Below are positions 14,835-25,321 of a stretch of 36,491 nt of DNA, piece by piece. The stretch comes from Octopus sinensis. Its lineage: Eukaryota. The stretch covers positions 1-36,491 of the forward strand of contig NW_021824666.1 in the NCBI RefSeq assembly GCF_006345805.1, read 5' to 3'. Numbering within the stretch: position 1 is the stretch's first letter; each line of letters opens with the position of its first letter. The notes under the pieces were generated by a model. That model had not been told where the DNA came from, searched no databases, and worked only from the letters and a program-made list of their open reading frames with translations. The position numbers were made by a program, and so were the translations under genes.

Positions 14835-15290
14835 TCATCATCATCATCATCATCGTTTAGCGTCCGCTTTCCATGCTAGCATGGGTTGGACGAGTCAACT
14901 GGGGTCTGTGAAGCTGGAAGGCTTCGTCAGGCCCAGTCAGATCTGGCAGTGTTTCTACGGCTGGATACCCTTCCTAACGCCAACCACTCCGCGAGTGTAG
15001 TGGGTGTTTTTTACGTGCCACCTGCACAGGTGCCAGACAGAGCTGGCGAACGGCCACGAACGGATGGTGCTTTTACGTGTCACCGGCACGGGGCCAGACA
15101 GAGCTGGCAACCGGCTACGAACGGACGGTGCTTTTACGTGTCACCGGCACGGGGGCCAGCCGAGGCTGGCAACGGACGCGAACGGATGGTGCTTTTACGT
15201 GCCACCGACACGGTTGCCAGACAGAGCTGGCAAACGGCCACGAGCGGACGGTGCTTTTACGTGTCACCGGCAAGGGGGCCAGCCGAGGCT
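14835..15290 (-). mobile_element. 5'-truncated RTE 3' end with five ~61-bp hairpin repeats
   Basis: Reverse complement of 7250-7634, with a (CAT)n tail at 14835 and repeated TTTTACGTG(C/T)CACC units spaced about 61 bp apart. Confidence 0.9.
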
Positions 15291-15321
<31 letters not shown>

Positions 15322-15849
15322 ATATATATATATGTATATATATGTGTGTGTATGTGTGTGTGTGTGTGTATACATATATATATATATGTGTGTGTGTGTG
15401 TAGTTTTTATTTTAATATAAAGTTTATGTTTAACTTTTTTATCATGTGATATATTAAATCTATAGATATTATACATGGATATTAATATAACGAATTTATA
15501 TAATGGATTTGAGTGTATTTGTACTGTTTCAAATTTTTGATTGTATTTTTCATGAATAGAATCGACTGAGTTGGTTAATTAGACGCTTATCTTTTTAAAT
15601 TCTAGATAGATTAATCAGAATCGTTGAACTTAGTAATTTAGTTTGTTTATCAATATTAGTTAGTTCTTGCTATTATTTTGACTTTGATCGTTTTTATTAT
15701 TGTTAATGTTATTGCCTGGTTTGGTAGAGGACTGGTGATTGTGATTGTACATATTCATAGTGTATTGTTCTTTGGTTCTAATATTTTAGTACCTTTCTTT
15801 AATTTGGGGTTGATAGGTTTTCTTACTTTGCATCAACATATTATTCTCG

Positions 15850-15890
<41 letters not shown>

Positions 15891-16268
15891 ATTATATATT
15901 ATATTATATATTGATATATAGGTGGCTTATTTATTTGTAATATAAAATTTTAAGTTAATTCGGTATTATATTATTTGATATTTAGTCAATTTTGTTATAG
16001 ATTGTTATATTAAATCTATAGATACTACACATGTATTTTTATTATATGGTTAGCTTATTTAAGGAGTTTGTCTATATTTGAACCATTTCTTATTTTGATT
16101 ACAATTTAATGCTTTGTGTATTTTATTTAATTTTAAAGTATTTAATTATTGAAGTATTATTTTATTTTTCACTTATGTATATTTAGAATTTTCATATACA
16201 CACACACATATATATATATATATTAAAGTATATTTATTAATTAATTATTTTATTTTAATTATTTTTAT

Positions 16269-16351
16269 CTTGATGAGCAACTATATTTATATGGAAGTGA
16301 TTTCTCTACTACTATGATCATTTCTTAAATATAGCAGCGAAACACGTGTTG
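16269..16351 (+). ncRNA. Degenerate type I hammerhead ribozyme motif
   Basis: The core reads TTGATGA (C3 changed to U). Helix II is GC-AA-CTATATTTA / TAAATATAG-CA-GC, followed by GAAAC, a palindromic ACGT loop and GTT. Helix I is essentially lost. Confidence 0.5.
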
Positions 16352-16504
16352 TTTTTCTACCTATTATATACATTATATTATTTTTTTGTAATTTACTTAA
16401 TCTTTACTTTTGTTATTCTTTTGTTATTTTAATTTTAACTTTTCTATTATATGTAATTTTCTAGATGGTGGCTTTTTTTCTAATATTTTATATTCATAAG
16501 ATTG

Positions 16505-16895
16505 AAGGCGGCGAGCTGGTAGAAACGTTAGCATGCTGGGTGAAATGCTTAGCGGTATTTCGTCTGCTGTTACGTTCTGAATTCAAATTCCGCCGAGGTC
16601 AACTTTGACTTTCATCCTTTCGGGGTCAATTAGATAAGTACCAGTTATGCACTGGGGTCGATATAATCGACTTACTCCGTTTGTCCTTGTTTGTCCTCTC
16701 TGTGTTTAGCCCCTTGTGGGTAGTAAAGAAATAGGTATTTCATCTGTCTTTACATTGAGTTCAAATTCCACCGAGATCGACTTTGCCTTTCATCCTTTTG
16801 GGGTCGATAAATTAAGTACCAGTTGCATACTGAGGTCAATCTAATCGACTGGTCCCCTCCCCCAAAATTTCAGGCCTTGTGCCTAGAGTAGGAAT
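16505..16895 (+). mobile_element. Family B SINE with duplicated body (dimeric form)
   Basis: Head AAGGCGGCGAGCTGG. The block GTATTTC..TTCAAATTCC..TTTCATCCTTT..AAGTACCAGTT..AATCGACT occurs twice, at ~16552 and ~16735. Confidence 0.85.
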
Positions 16896-17084
16896 ATATA
16901 TATTCATAAGATTTTCTAAAAAATTTTCAAAAAACAAAAGCTTCACCTTTTCTTGTCTGATTTTTAACTTCCTGTAACTTCTCTAAATTAATTCAGTTGC
17001 AGAACTTCACTCTCCTCCTTTACTTTCCAAAGCTCTTCTACTAACAACATTATCTTGTTGTTTTACTATACTATAATACATATA

Positions 17085-17139
<55 letters not shown>

Positions 17140-17232
17140 TTAAAATGAGGGTGAACAATTGGATATCAATTTGATAACATCAATTTTAACACTAGTGGTC
17201 TAGCATATAAAAAAACTGAGGTTCAGTAAATA

Positions 17233-17622
17233 GTATTACATACATATAAGAGGGAATTTTCCCACTATGTGGTTCTACCTATTACACTTGTGGTTATATG
17301 TAATAGGTAGAACTGCATGCATTTTCGACCTCGTGTTGATGTCAGGCGTGTAGTTCTGCAAATTAAATTTTGTATAGATGATCATACTGAAGATCTACAA
17401 ATAAATTATGTAAGTAAAATTATGTAATTTGTCGACAGTGAAACATTTGTTTATGATTAATCTATATTTTTGTTACTTTCCATTTGTCTTGCTCGCTTAT
17501 ATTTCTGGTGTTTGCAAAATTTTCTAGAGAACAATTCTTAGTGGTTGAGACCATAGCGGATCTTCTTCTAACATAAGGGTTTCCACATAGTGGTAAAATT
17601 CCCTCTTATATGTATGTAATAC
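17233..17622. mobile_element. ~390-bp element bounded by long inverted repeats and TA dinucleotides (MITE-like or inverted Penelope-type end)
   Basis: 17231-17272 matches the reverse complement of 17583-17624 at 41 of 42 positions. There is an internal perfect 14-bp hairpin at 17273-17312. Confidence 0.75.
17381..17457 (+). ncRNA. Type I hammerhead ribozyme motif with an eroded base of helix II
   Basis: Helix I ATCATA/TATGAT, core CTGAAGA (17387-17393), helix II ACAAAT/ATTTGT, GAAA (17440-17443), C-ATTT-G, and cleavage triplet GTT. Confidence 0.6.
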
Positions 17623-17876
17623 TATATATATATATATATAGGCAAAATAAGCAACAAGGATATCCAAGGTAGTGTAGTGCAATTGTTTCATGCTACTTCA
17701 TTTTATTAAACACTGTAGTATTACATCAGTTTTAAAATTTCGAGCAATCTTCAGCCACATATAGAATTTTTTTAATTAAACGGACAATGCACATTCTTAT
17801 ACTTATTTCAGTCGCCAACATTACAAAGAGGGTAGATATATAGACAGGGAGGTTAATTTCATCATTAAGAACATGA

Positions 17877-19488
17877 TAAGGTGAGGGTTGGCAATGAGTA
17901 CAGTGAAGAATTCCGGGTAGAGGTAGGGGTCCACGAAGGTTCAGTCCTCAGCCCCCTCCTATTTATCATAGTCCTCCAGGCAATAACGAAGGAATTCAAG
18001 ATAGGATGCCCCTGGGAGCTCCTCTATGCTGATGACCTTGCTCTAATTGCTGAGTCACTATCAGAACTGGAGGAGAAGTTTCAGGTGTGGAAGCAAGGAT
18101 TAGAATTGAAGAGTCTTAGAGTCAACCTAGCTAAAACCAAAGTCCTAATAAGTAGGAAGGTAGACAAATCACAAACGCCTTCAGGTAGATGGCCCTGCTC
18201 GATCTGTAGAAAAGGCGTAGGTAGAAACTCTATAAGATGCACCAAGTGTAAGCTATGGACACATAAGAGGTGCAGCAATGTCAAAGGAAGGCTTACTAGG
18301 AAGATAGTTTTTGTATGTGGCAGATGCTCAGGAGCAATAAACACTGAAAATGCTCTGAGACCAACTTCTGCCACATTCCAGGGAGAGAAAAACTAGAAAT
18401 TGTTGATAGCTTCTGTTACCTAGGTGACCAAGTCAGTAGCGGGGGCGGGTGTGCTGAAAGTGTAACTGCTAGAATAAGAATAGCTTAGGCAAAGTTCAGA
18501 GAACTCTTACCTCTGCTGGTGACAAAAGGCCTCTCGCTCAGAGTAAAAGGCAGACTGTATGATGCATGTGTACAAACAGCCATGCTACATGGCAGTGAAA
18601 CATGGGCCGTGACTGCTGAGGACATGCGTAAGCTTGCAAGGGATGAAGCCAGTATGATCCGATGGATGTGTAATGTCAGTGTTCATACTCGACAGAGTGT
18701 AAGTACCTTGAGAGAAAAGTTGGACCTAAGAAGCATCAGTTGTTGTGTGCAAGAAAGACGTTTGCACTGGTATGGTTATGCGGCAAGAATGGATGAAGAT
18801 AATTGTGTGAAAAAGTGCCACACCCTAGCAGTTGAGGGAACCTGTGGAATAGGCAGACCCAGGAAAACCTGAGACGAGGTGGTGAAGCATGACCTTCGAA
18901 CTTTAGGTCTCACCGAAGAAATGACTAGAGACCGAGACCTTTGGAAGTATGCTGTGCGTGAGAAGACCCGGCAGGACAAGTGAGATCATAACCTGTGGCC
19001 TCTACCTGGGATGTAGCCGGTCCACTTATGATACAAAACTCTACTTATGAAGATCTGTTGAGGCATGTGAAAATCGAAATCGATCAACATTAATGGAAAT
19101 TGCAGCTGTGATACCAGTGCCAGCTGTGATACCATCCGAACATGGCCATTGCCAGCGCTGCCCCGACTGGCCTCCGTGCCGGTAGCACGTAAAAAGCACC
19201 ATCTAATTGTGGCCATTGCTAGCCTCACCTGGCCCCCGTGCCAGTGGCATGTAAAAAGCACCATCCGATCGTGGCCGTTTACCAGTCTCATCTGGCACCT
19301 GTGCCGGTGGCACGTAAAAGCACTCACTACACTCATGGAGTGGTTGGCGTTAGGAAGGGCATCCATCCATAGAAACATTGCCAGATCAGACTGGGCCTGG
19401 TGCAGCCTTCTGGCTTCCCAGACCCCAGTTGAACCGTCCAATCCATGCTAGCATGGAAAGTGGACGCTAAACGGTGATGATGATGATG
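17877..19488 (+). mobile_element. 5'-truncated RTE-clade LINE (RT C-terminal half + PHD insert + 3' UTR + (GAT)n tail), dead
   Basis: VHEGSVLSPLLF, LYADDL, the C4HC3 insert, EIVDSFCYLG, KGRLYDACV..HGSETWAVT and LHWYG. It has a frameshift and stops. Hand alignment shows only about 15 differences from 6637-7158 over ~520 bp. Confidence 0.93.
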
Positions 19489-19922
19489 TACCTTTAACAT
19501 AATTCTCTCAGACAGAATCAACATGACACAGTGCATTACAAGTACAGTTCACCTGATGGGCTTCTATGTAGTCTCCATCAATACAATTTCATTCACAGCT
19601 ATGGCTTGACCTGAGGTTATAGAAATGGACATTTAACCAAAATGCCATACAAAAGAATCTTGAGGTTATAAAACAGACTTCTAAACCAGAGGTCCTCAGC
19701 CATTTTTTACCTATGTATCTCCTTTGATTGCTATTTTATTCTACAGGACTCTCATAGCCATTTCAAAATATTGTGTTCTATGCCTAACCAAGTTGATATA
19801 AAAATAGTCAATATCTAACTCCATAACTGGTGACCAGTATAATGTAACCTTAAATGAAATTTCTTTACTCTTTTTCGAACCTTGCTCTCTATTTTCCTGA
19901 TGAAGAGGACATTGTCGATGCA

Positions 19923-21084
19923 TCTCTCTATATATAAACGGCAGTTTGTCTGTCTGTGTGTCTGTCAGGTTGTACCCTCACCCTGACCACAGCTTTCAAC
20001 CAATTCTGATGAAACTTGACACACACATAGCCCAATGTCATAATTCAAAACTAACGCAGCGAAAATTTTGAAAAGTTCCCCCAGTTCTGAAAAAAATCGA
20101 TAAATTCGACATGGGGTCGAGAATCTAAGCTTCTTATATGCAACACATTTTCTGTTGTAGTTTTCGCAACTTGCAATCTATTTTCACCAAACTCATGGTG
20201 AAGCTTAATGTTACCCTAAGAAACTTAATTCTGACGTTAGTTTTCCATGCAATACCTTACCATCAGAAAAAATCGATAAAATCATGCCATTTTGGGAAAT
20301 CGCGTTCAAATTCAAGATGACATATCTTCGACAATATCTTTCACAAATTGGCAGGAATTTTTTAAAAAATTCACAGCGAGCATCATGTCTGCTCCAAGGA
20401 GCTATAATGGCCCATTTTATTCCAATAGGATACTTTATTACTGGAAAAAATCGGTTAATTAAATCATATGTGGCACACATAGCAAACCGATTTGTGTATT
20501 AAACACAAACCACAGACTGTCTAGGGGACGCAACTCGACCTTTTTAACTCTCGGAACACGTGGGGTAAGTATCCCAAAATGTATAAAAATGTACAAAAAC
20601 GGCAAAAAGGCGGGCAGCAATGTGAGTGACAACAACGAAAAAGTCAGAAGTGACCAAACTGAACAAATGAATGGAAAAGGTTATTTGGTGCACACGACAA
20701 AAGCGGTTTATAATAAACCAAGAGTTTGCAAGTAGTGTCCGAGGACCCTTAGGGTACGTCAAAAATTTAAGGTAAAACGTTTGGGGTGGTAGTTATAAAG
20801 AAAGTTTAAACAAAAAAAGTATTCAAATAACTTGCGGCTGCAGCAGCTATTAGCAGAAGTATATGGGGGTATATGGGGGTAAAGTCTCGAATGTAATTTC
20901 TTCCTGGTAGGAATTGGTTGGGTTGAATTATCGATAGCTGTTTGATAGTTATTTGGGAGTGAAGAGAAGACATTGCAACCTACACATGCGCCTTCGTTCC
21001 CTAGAGGGAAAGGACTAGATTGGGATTAGTCGTTGCCTACTAGGGGCACTTACATACCCGGGCAACGCCGGGCTGTGCTGCTAG
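19923..21084 (+). mobile_element. Complete non-autonomous Helitron (1162 bp)
   Basis: A|TCTCTCTATATATAAA 5' end followed by TGTCTGTCTG. The 3' hairpin CCCGG-GCAACG-CCGGG (21057-21072) lies 8 nt before CTAG|T. It is inserted between A and T with no target-site duplication, as expected for Helitrons. Confidence 0.85.
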
Positions 21085-21179
21085 TGAATTATAAAATTCA
21101 CAACTTACCAGGACAAATGGGCTCCTGAAGCAGCTGTAGAAAGCCCCCTTACCTGCTATTATAACCCATTATATATATT

Positions 21180-21345
21180 TTTTAGGACTCATCGTAGACG
21201 CGCGCTAATACCCAGAAGGGCTCGATATGAATCACGACTATAAGATACCCGGTTTTGGTTAAACTGCACTGCAAAATGTGGGAGTAGTTAGGAATCTAAA
21301 TCGTAGGAGACAGACAGCACACAACCTTATTTTTATATATAAAGA
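21180..21345 (-). mobile_element. Helitron 5' fragment
   Basis: The minus strand starts A|TCTTTATATATAAAA..TGCTGTCTGTCT. No 3' hairpin plus CTAG end was found. Confidence 0.55.
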
Positions 21346-21346
21346 T

Positions 21347-21724
21347 ATCATCATCATCATCGTTTAACGTCCGTTCTCCATGCTAGCATGGGTTGGACGG
21401 TTCGACCGGGGATCTGGGAAGCCAGATGGCTGCACCAGGCTCCAGTCTGATCTGGCAGTGTTTCTACAGCTGGATGCCCTTCCTAACGCCAACCACTCTG
21501 TGAGTGTAGTGGGTGCTTTTTACATGCCACCTGCACAGGTGTCAGGCGAGGCTGGCAACAGCCACGATCGGATTAGTGCATTTTATGTGCCACCGGCACG
21601 GAAGCCAGTCGAGGCGGCACTGGCATCGGCTATGATTCGGATGGTGCTTTTTACGTGCCACCGGCACGGAAGCCAGTCGAGGCGACGCTGGCATCGGCCA
21701 CGATTCGGATAGCGCTTTTTACGT
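21347..21724 (-). mobile_element. 5'-truncated RTE 3' end with hairpin repeats
   Basis: (CAT)n tail, CCATGCTAGCATGG, and repeated GTGCCACCGGCAC units. Confidence 0.9.
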
Positions 21725-21772
21725 AAACATATACACACACATATACATAATACATACATACATACATACATG

Positions 21773-21808
<36 letters not shown>

Positions 21809-22237
21809 TGTTTATAGAGTAGTTTATGTTTGTTGTTTGATCGTAGTAAAAAGGCTGCATCTAAACCTTTGGGAAATAAAACCATTATGAAACCTATGGT
21901 CAAAGTTATTCCAGCCATAACCACCCATCCTTCTAGGATATTGCATTTCAAAGACTAATTATTCAATATGTTCATCTGTTTTTCATGCAGGTAATGTATG
22001 ATTTGAGGCAGATTTGGCTGACAGTTACAGCAAGTCATGTGATCTTTTAGAGGCCCTCTTGTAAGTAGGTGGTATAGATAGTGTAATTCACATTTACACA
22101 CACACACCCACATTCACACACATTCAAACATGTATTTACATACATGTATGCATATCTATGTGTATGTATGTAGGTATGAATGTATGTATATATGTGCATG
22201 TGAGTGTGTATGTATGTATGTCTGTATGTCTATCTAT

Positions 22238-22273
<36 letters not shown>

Positions 22274-22324
22274 TTATCTATCTTTCTATGTATGTATGTA
22301 TGTATATATATATATATATATATA

Positions 22325-22368
<44 letters not shown>

Positions 22369-22394
22369 ATGTATATATATATATGTATATATAT

Positions 22395-22696
22395 CCGACT
22401 CGTGGCCGATGCCAGCACCGCCTCGACTGGCTTCCGTGCCGGTGGCACATAAAATACACCAATCTGACCGTGGCCGTTGCCAGCCCCGCCTGGCACCTGT
22501 GCAGGTGGCACGTAAAAAGCACCCACTACACTCACGGAGTGGTTGGCGTTAGGAAGGGCATCCAGCTGTAGAAACATTGCCAAATTAGACTGGAGCCTGG
22601 TGCAGCCTTCTGGCTTCCCAGAACCCCGGTCGAACCGTCCAACCCATGCTAGCATGGAGAACGGACGTTAAACGACGATGATGATGATGATGATGA
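22395..22696 (+). mobile_element. 5'-truncated RTE 3' end
   Basis: GTGCCGGTGGCAC repeats, GTTGGCGTTAGGAAGGGCATCC and a (GAT)n tail. Confidence 0.9.
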
Positions 22697-22722
22697 TATA
22701 TGTATATATATGTATATATATA

Positions 22723-22788
22723 TATATAAAATTAATTAAGGGTAGAAATTGATAAATATCAATTTCTACCCTTAATTAATTTTATATA
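22723..22788. repeat. Perfect palindrome with 32-bp arms and 2-nt centre
   Basis: 22723-22754 is the exact reverse complement of 22757-22788. Confidence 0.97.
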
Positions 22789-22978
22789 AATAAATATGTT
22801 TTCTAACCGATAAATTGACTGCTGCTAATTATTAGCTGCAGGCTGGTTTTCTCGGGTTTCAACGCGCCAAAGTAAAGGCATTTGAAAGATATATTCGAAT
22901 GTAATAGGCTGAACTCCATGCACACGATACTTCGGTATCGTTTTTGCATCTAGTCCAGCAAATTGCATTTATAACGGA

Positions 22979-23042
22979 CCATGCTGATGAAGGCTGCAGT
23001 TATCCTTGCAGATAATAATAGCCGAAACTGATCAGTACATGG
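22979..23042 (+). ncRNA. Apparently intact type I hammerhead ribozyme
   Basis: Helix I CCATG/CATGG, core CTGATGA, one extra A, helix II GGCT/AGCC extended by TTATC/GATAA, GAAA, helix III C-TGATCA-G with a palindromic loop, and cleavage triplet GTA (cut after 23037). Confidence 0.85.
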
Positions 23043-23497
23043 GTAATTATTTTATTTCGTATATTTTCACTTGTTTATTGCTTTGTTTTATGCTGAATTT
23101 GATATGAGAACATAATCTTTTGTGAAGAATGGCGATTTAACGTCTATATCTAGCATGTTGACTGTCCCCTTTTCGTGTTCAGTCCTTAATTGGTATATAT
23201 ATATATATATATATATATATAAGTACTGTGTGACTGAGAAATGGTTTGCTGTCCAATACTAAGTGCCATTCTGTTGATAAGACAAACAGCACATGATAAA
23301 TCAACATCTTCAACATCCTCATATGGAAGGATTTATATCTTTAAGAGATAAGCCATTCATTGGCTCTGTGGGCTGTGATTTGCTGAAGAATATCTGGACA
23401 TCTGTTTCTCACTTTCCCTTTTCTCTTTCTGTTTATGCTTGTCTGTGTCCCTCTTTTTCTCTCAATAAATATGCATGTGTGTGTGAATGTGTGAATG

Positions 23498-23537
<40 letters not shown>

Positions 23538-24218
23538 TACACACGCACACACTTATACAAGTTATATGTATATAAGACATGTGCACACACACACTTGCAT
23601 ACTGTTTGTGACAGGCAAACCTTGATATTCCAGTCAATCAACCCTTTCATAAAACTGTATGATTCTATATCCAGTTTTAGTCATTTCAACAATGAATGTT
23701 TTGTGTCATTCAGAGAGAGAGAGACAGAGAGGGGGAGAGAGAGAGAGAGAGGTAGAGAAAGATAAGGGAAAGAGAGGGAAAGAGGGAGAGAGATAATACC
23801 CTTCATTTGGAACTCATAATTTATCTTGTTGCGATTCTGAGCTACTCATTTATTCATATAACAAAGAGAACACCTGAACAAATGCCCACAAGTGAGAAAA
23901 CTTGTAGTGGTGACAGTGAAACATCAGCTCTGACTGAATCCTTATCATTTTAACACCTACGTTTCTATACTTGAATAAGTCAGACAGAATTTGTTGCGGT
24001 GGATTTTCTACATCCAGATGCTCTTTCTTTCACCAACCTTGCTCCTTTTTAAGCAACTTAATATTTCCCCATGGCACATATGTTTTTCATGGAACGTTGG
24101 AAATGAACAGCATTACTTGTATGATGGTGATGCTCATTCACAACTATCTCATGATGTCAACACAACAATACACACAAATATGCACATACACATGTATACA
24201 TAATGTACATACATGCAT

Positions 24219-24278
<60 letters not shown>

Positions 24279-24696
24279 TATATATATATTATATAAAAGG
24301 AATACAAAAAATGGGAAAAGAACATAAAACATCCAAACAGATGATGCAAAAAAGAGACAAGAAAAAACAAGGACGGGTCATTTGGAGCTTCCTTTCCTCA
24401 GTCGAGTTCCAGATTATCTTTGCAATTTCAGTTGTTTATACTCGAAATTGTTCCAATCTGGCCAACCCCAACGAAAAACGAAGTTAAGAGCACTTGATTC
24501 CTTGGAAGAAAGCAGTGAATGTATGCGAAAACAAGGACAGAAAAAAAATAAACTGGAGAAATGGTACACAAATACAAATGCAAATAACAGGACATTAACA
24601 ACAGGTGTCTTTCAACTAAGGACAAATTAAATTAAGCTGGCGTGTGTGGAAGTGAAACCTTACAGCAGAGACATAAGAGATGACAGGCATAGGGAG

Positions 24697-24743
<47 letters not shown>

Positions 24744-24769
24744 ATATATAATATATATATATATCCTCC

Positions 24770-24920
24770 TCATCATCATCATCATCTTTTAACATCTGCT
24801 TTCCATGCTGGCATGGATTGGACGGTTTGACTGAGGACTGGTGAGCCACATGGCTGTACCAGGCTCCAATCTGATCTGGCAGAGTTTCTACAGCTGGATG
24901 CCTTTCCTAACACCAACCAT
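24770..24920 (-). mobile_element. Short RTE-type 3' tail
   Basis: (CAT)n, CCATGCTGGCATGG and TTTCTACAGCTGGATGCC. Confidence 0.8.
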
Positions 24921-25029
24921 TATTTGGATTTTGATCTTGGAGTTTACTATATAAAGTACATCCATGTGTATCGGCTATCGAATACTACCATCCAATGAAA
25001 ATGGATCACTTCATTGATTTTATATATGT

Positions 25030-25070
<41 letters not shown>

Positions 25071-25094
25071 CGTGCGTGTATGTGCACACACACA

Positions 25095-25280
25095 CATACA
25101 TTTATATGATGGACTTCTTTCAGTGTCTATCTACCAAATCTACTCACAAAGCTTTTGTCGACCTGGGGGCTATAGTGGACTACAAGGTTTCAGCCTGGGG
25201 GGGCTATAGTGGATTACAAGATGCCACACAGTGGGATTGAACCCAATAGTACTTCTTTGGCATGCAATCTCTACAGCTGT
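25095..25280 (-). mobile_element. Degraded SINE family A
   Basis: TCTACCAAATCTACTCACAAAGCTTT and CACAGTGGGATTGAACCC are the reverse complement of the family head and body. Confidence 0.6.
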
Positions 25281-25321
25281 TTCAATGGTAAAAACATCAT
25301 CATTCATATTTTTACTTAATA

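Noticed and set aside
15000-15290. Regular ~61-bp repeats resembling a CRISPR array
   Set aside because: Whole units are homologous with no unique spacers, they belong to the RTE 3' UTR, and the context is eukaryotic with no cas genes.
15480-16200. Very AT-rich block with a hydrophobic ORF (15678-15914), considered as a mitochondrial insertion
   Set aside because: No mitochondrial protein, rRNA or tRNA motif was recognisable, and composition explains the hydrophobicity.
17725-17760. Minus-strand CTGAAGA..CGAAA
   Set aside because: Helix II cannot form, and no helix III, cleavage triplet or helix I fits.
21975-21996. CAG|GTAATG juxtaposed splice signals
   Set aside because: It lies in a degraded interspersed repeat (the GATTTGGCTG block recurs near 31645) and the donor is weak.
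24054-24118. Possible exon after a good pyrimidine tract (TTTTTAAG)
   Set aside because: The donor is weak, two frames are open with no recognisable protein, and there is nothing else to support it.
24495-24540. CCTTG-GAAGA..GCA/TGC-GAAA-ACAAGG, hammerhead-like
   Set aside because: It lacks the CU of the core and all of helix III. This is too degraded to distinguish from chance.
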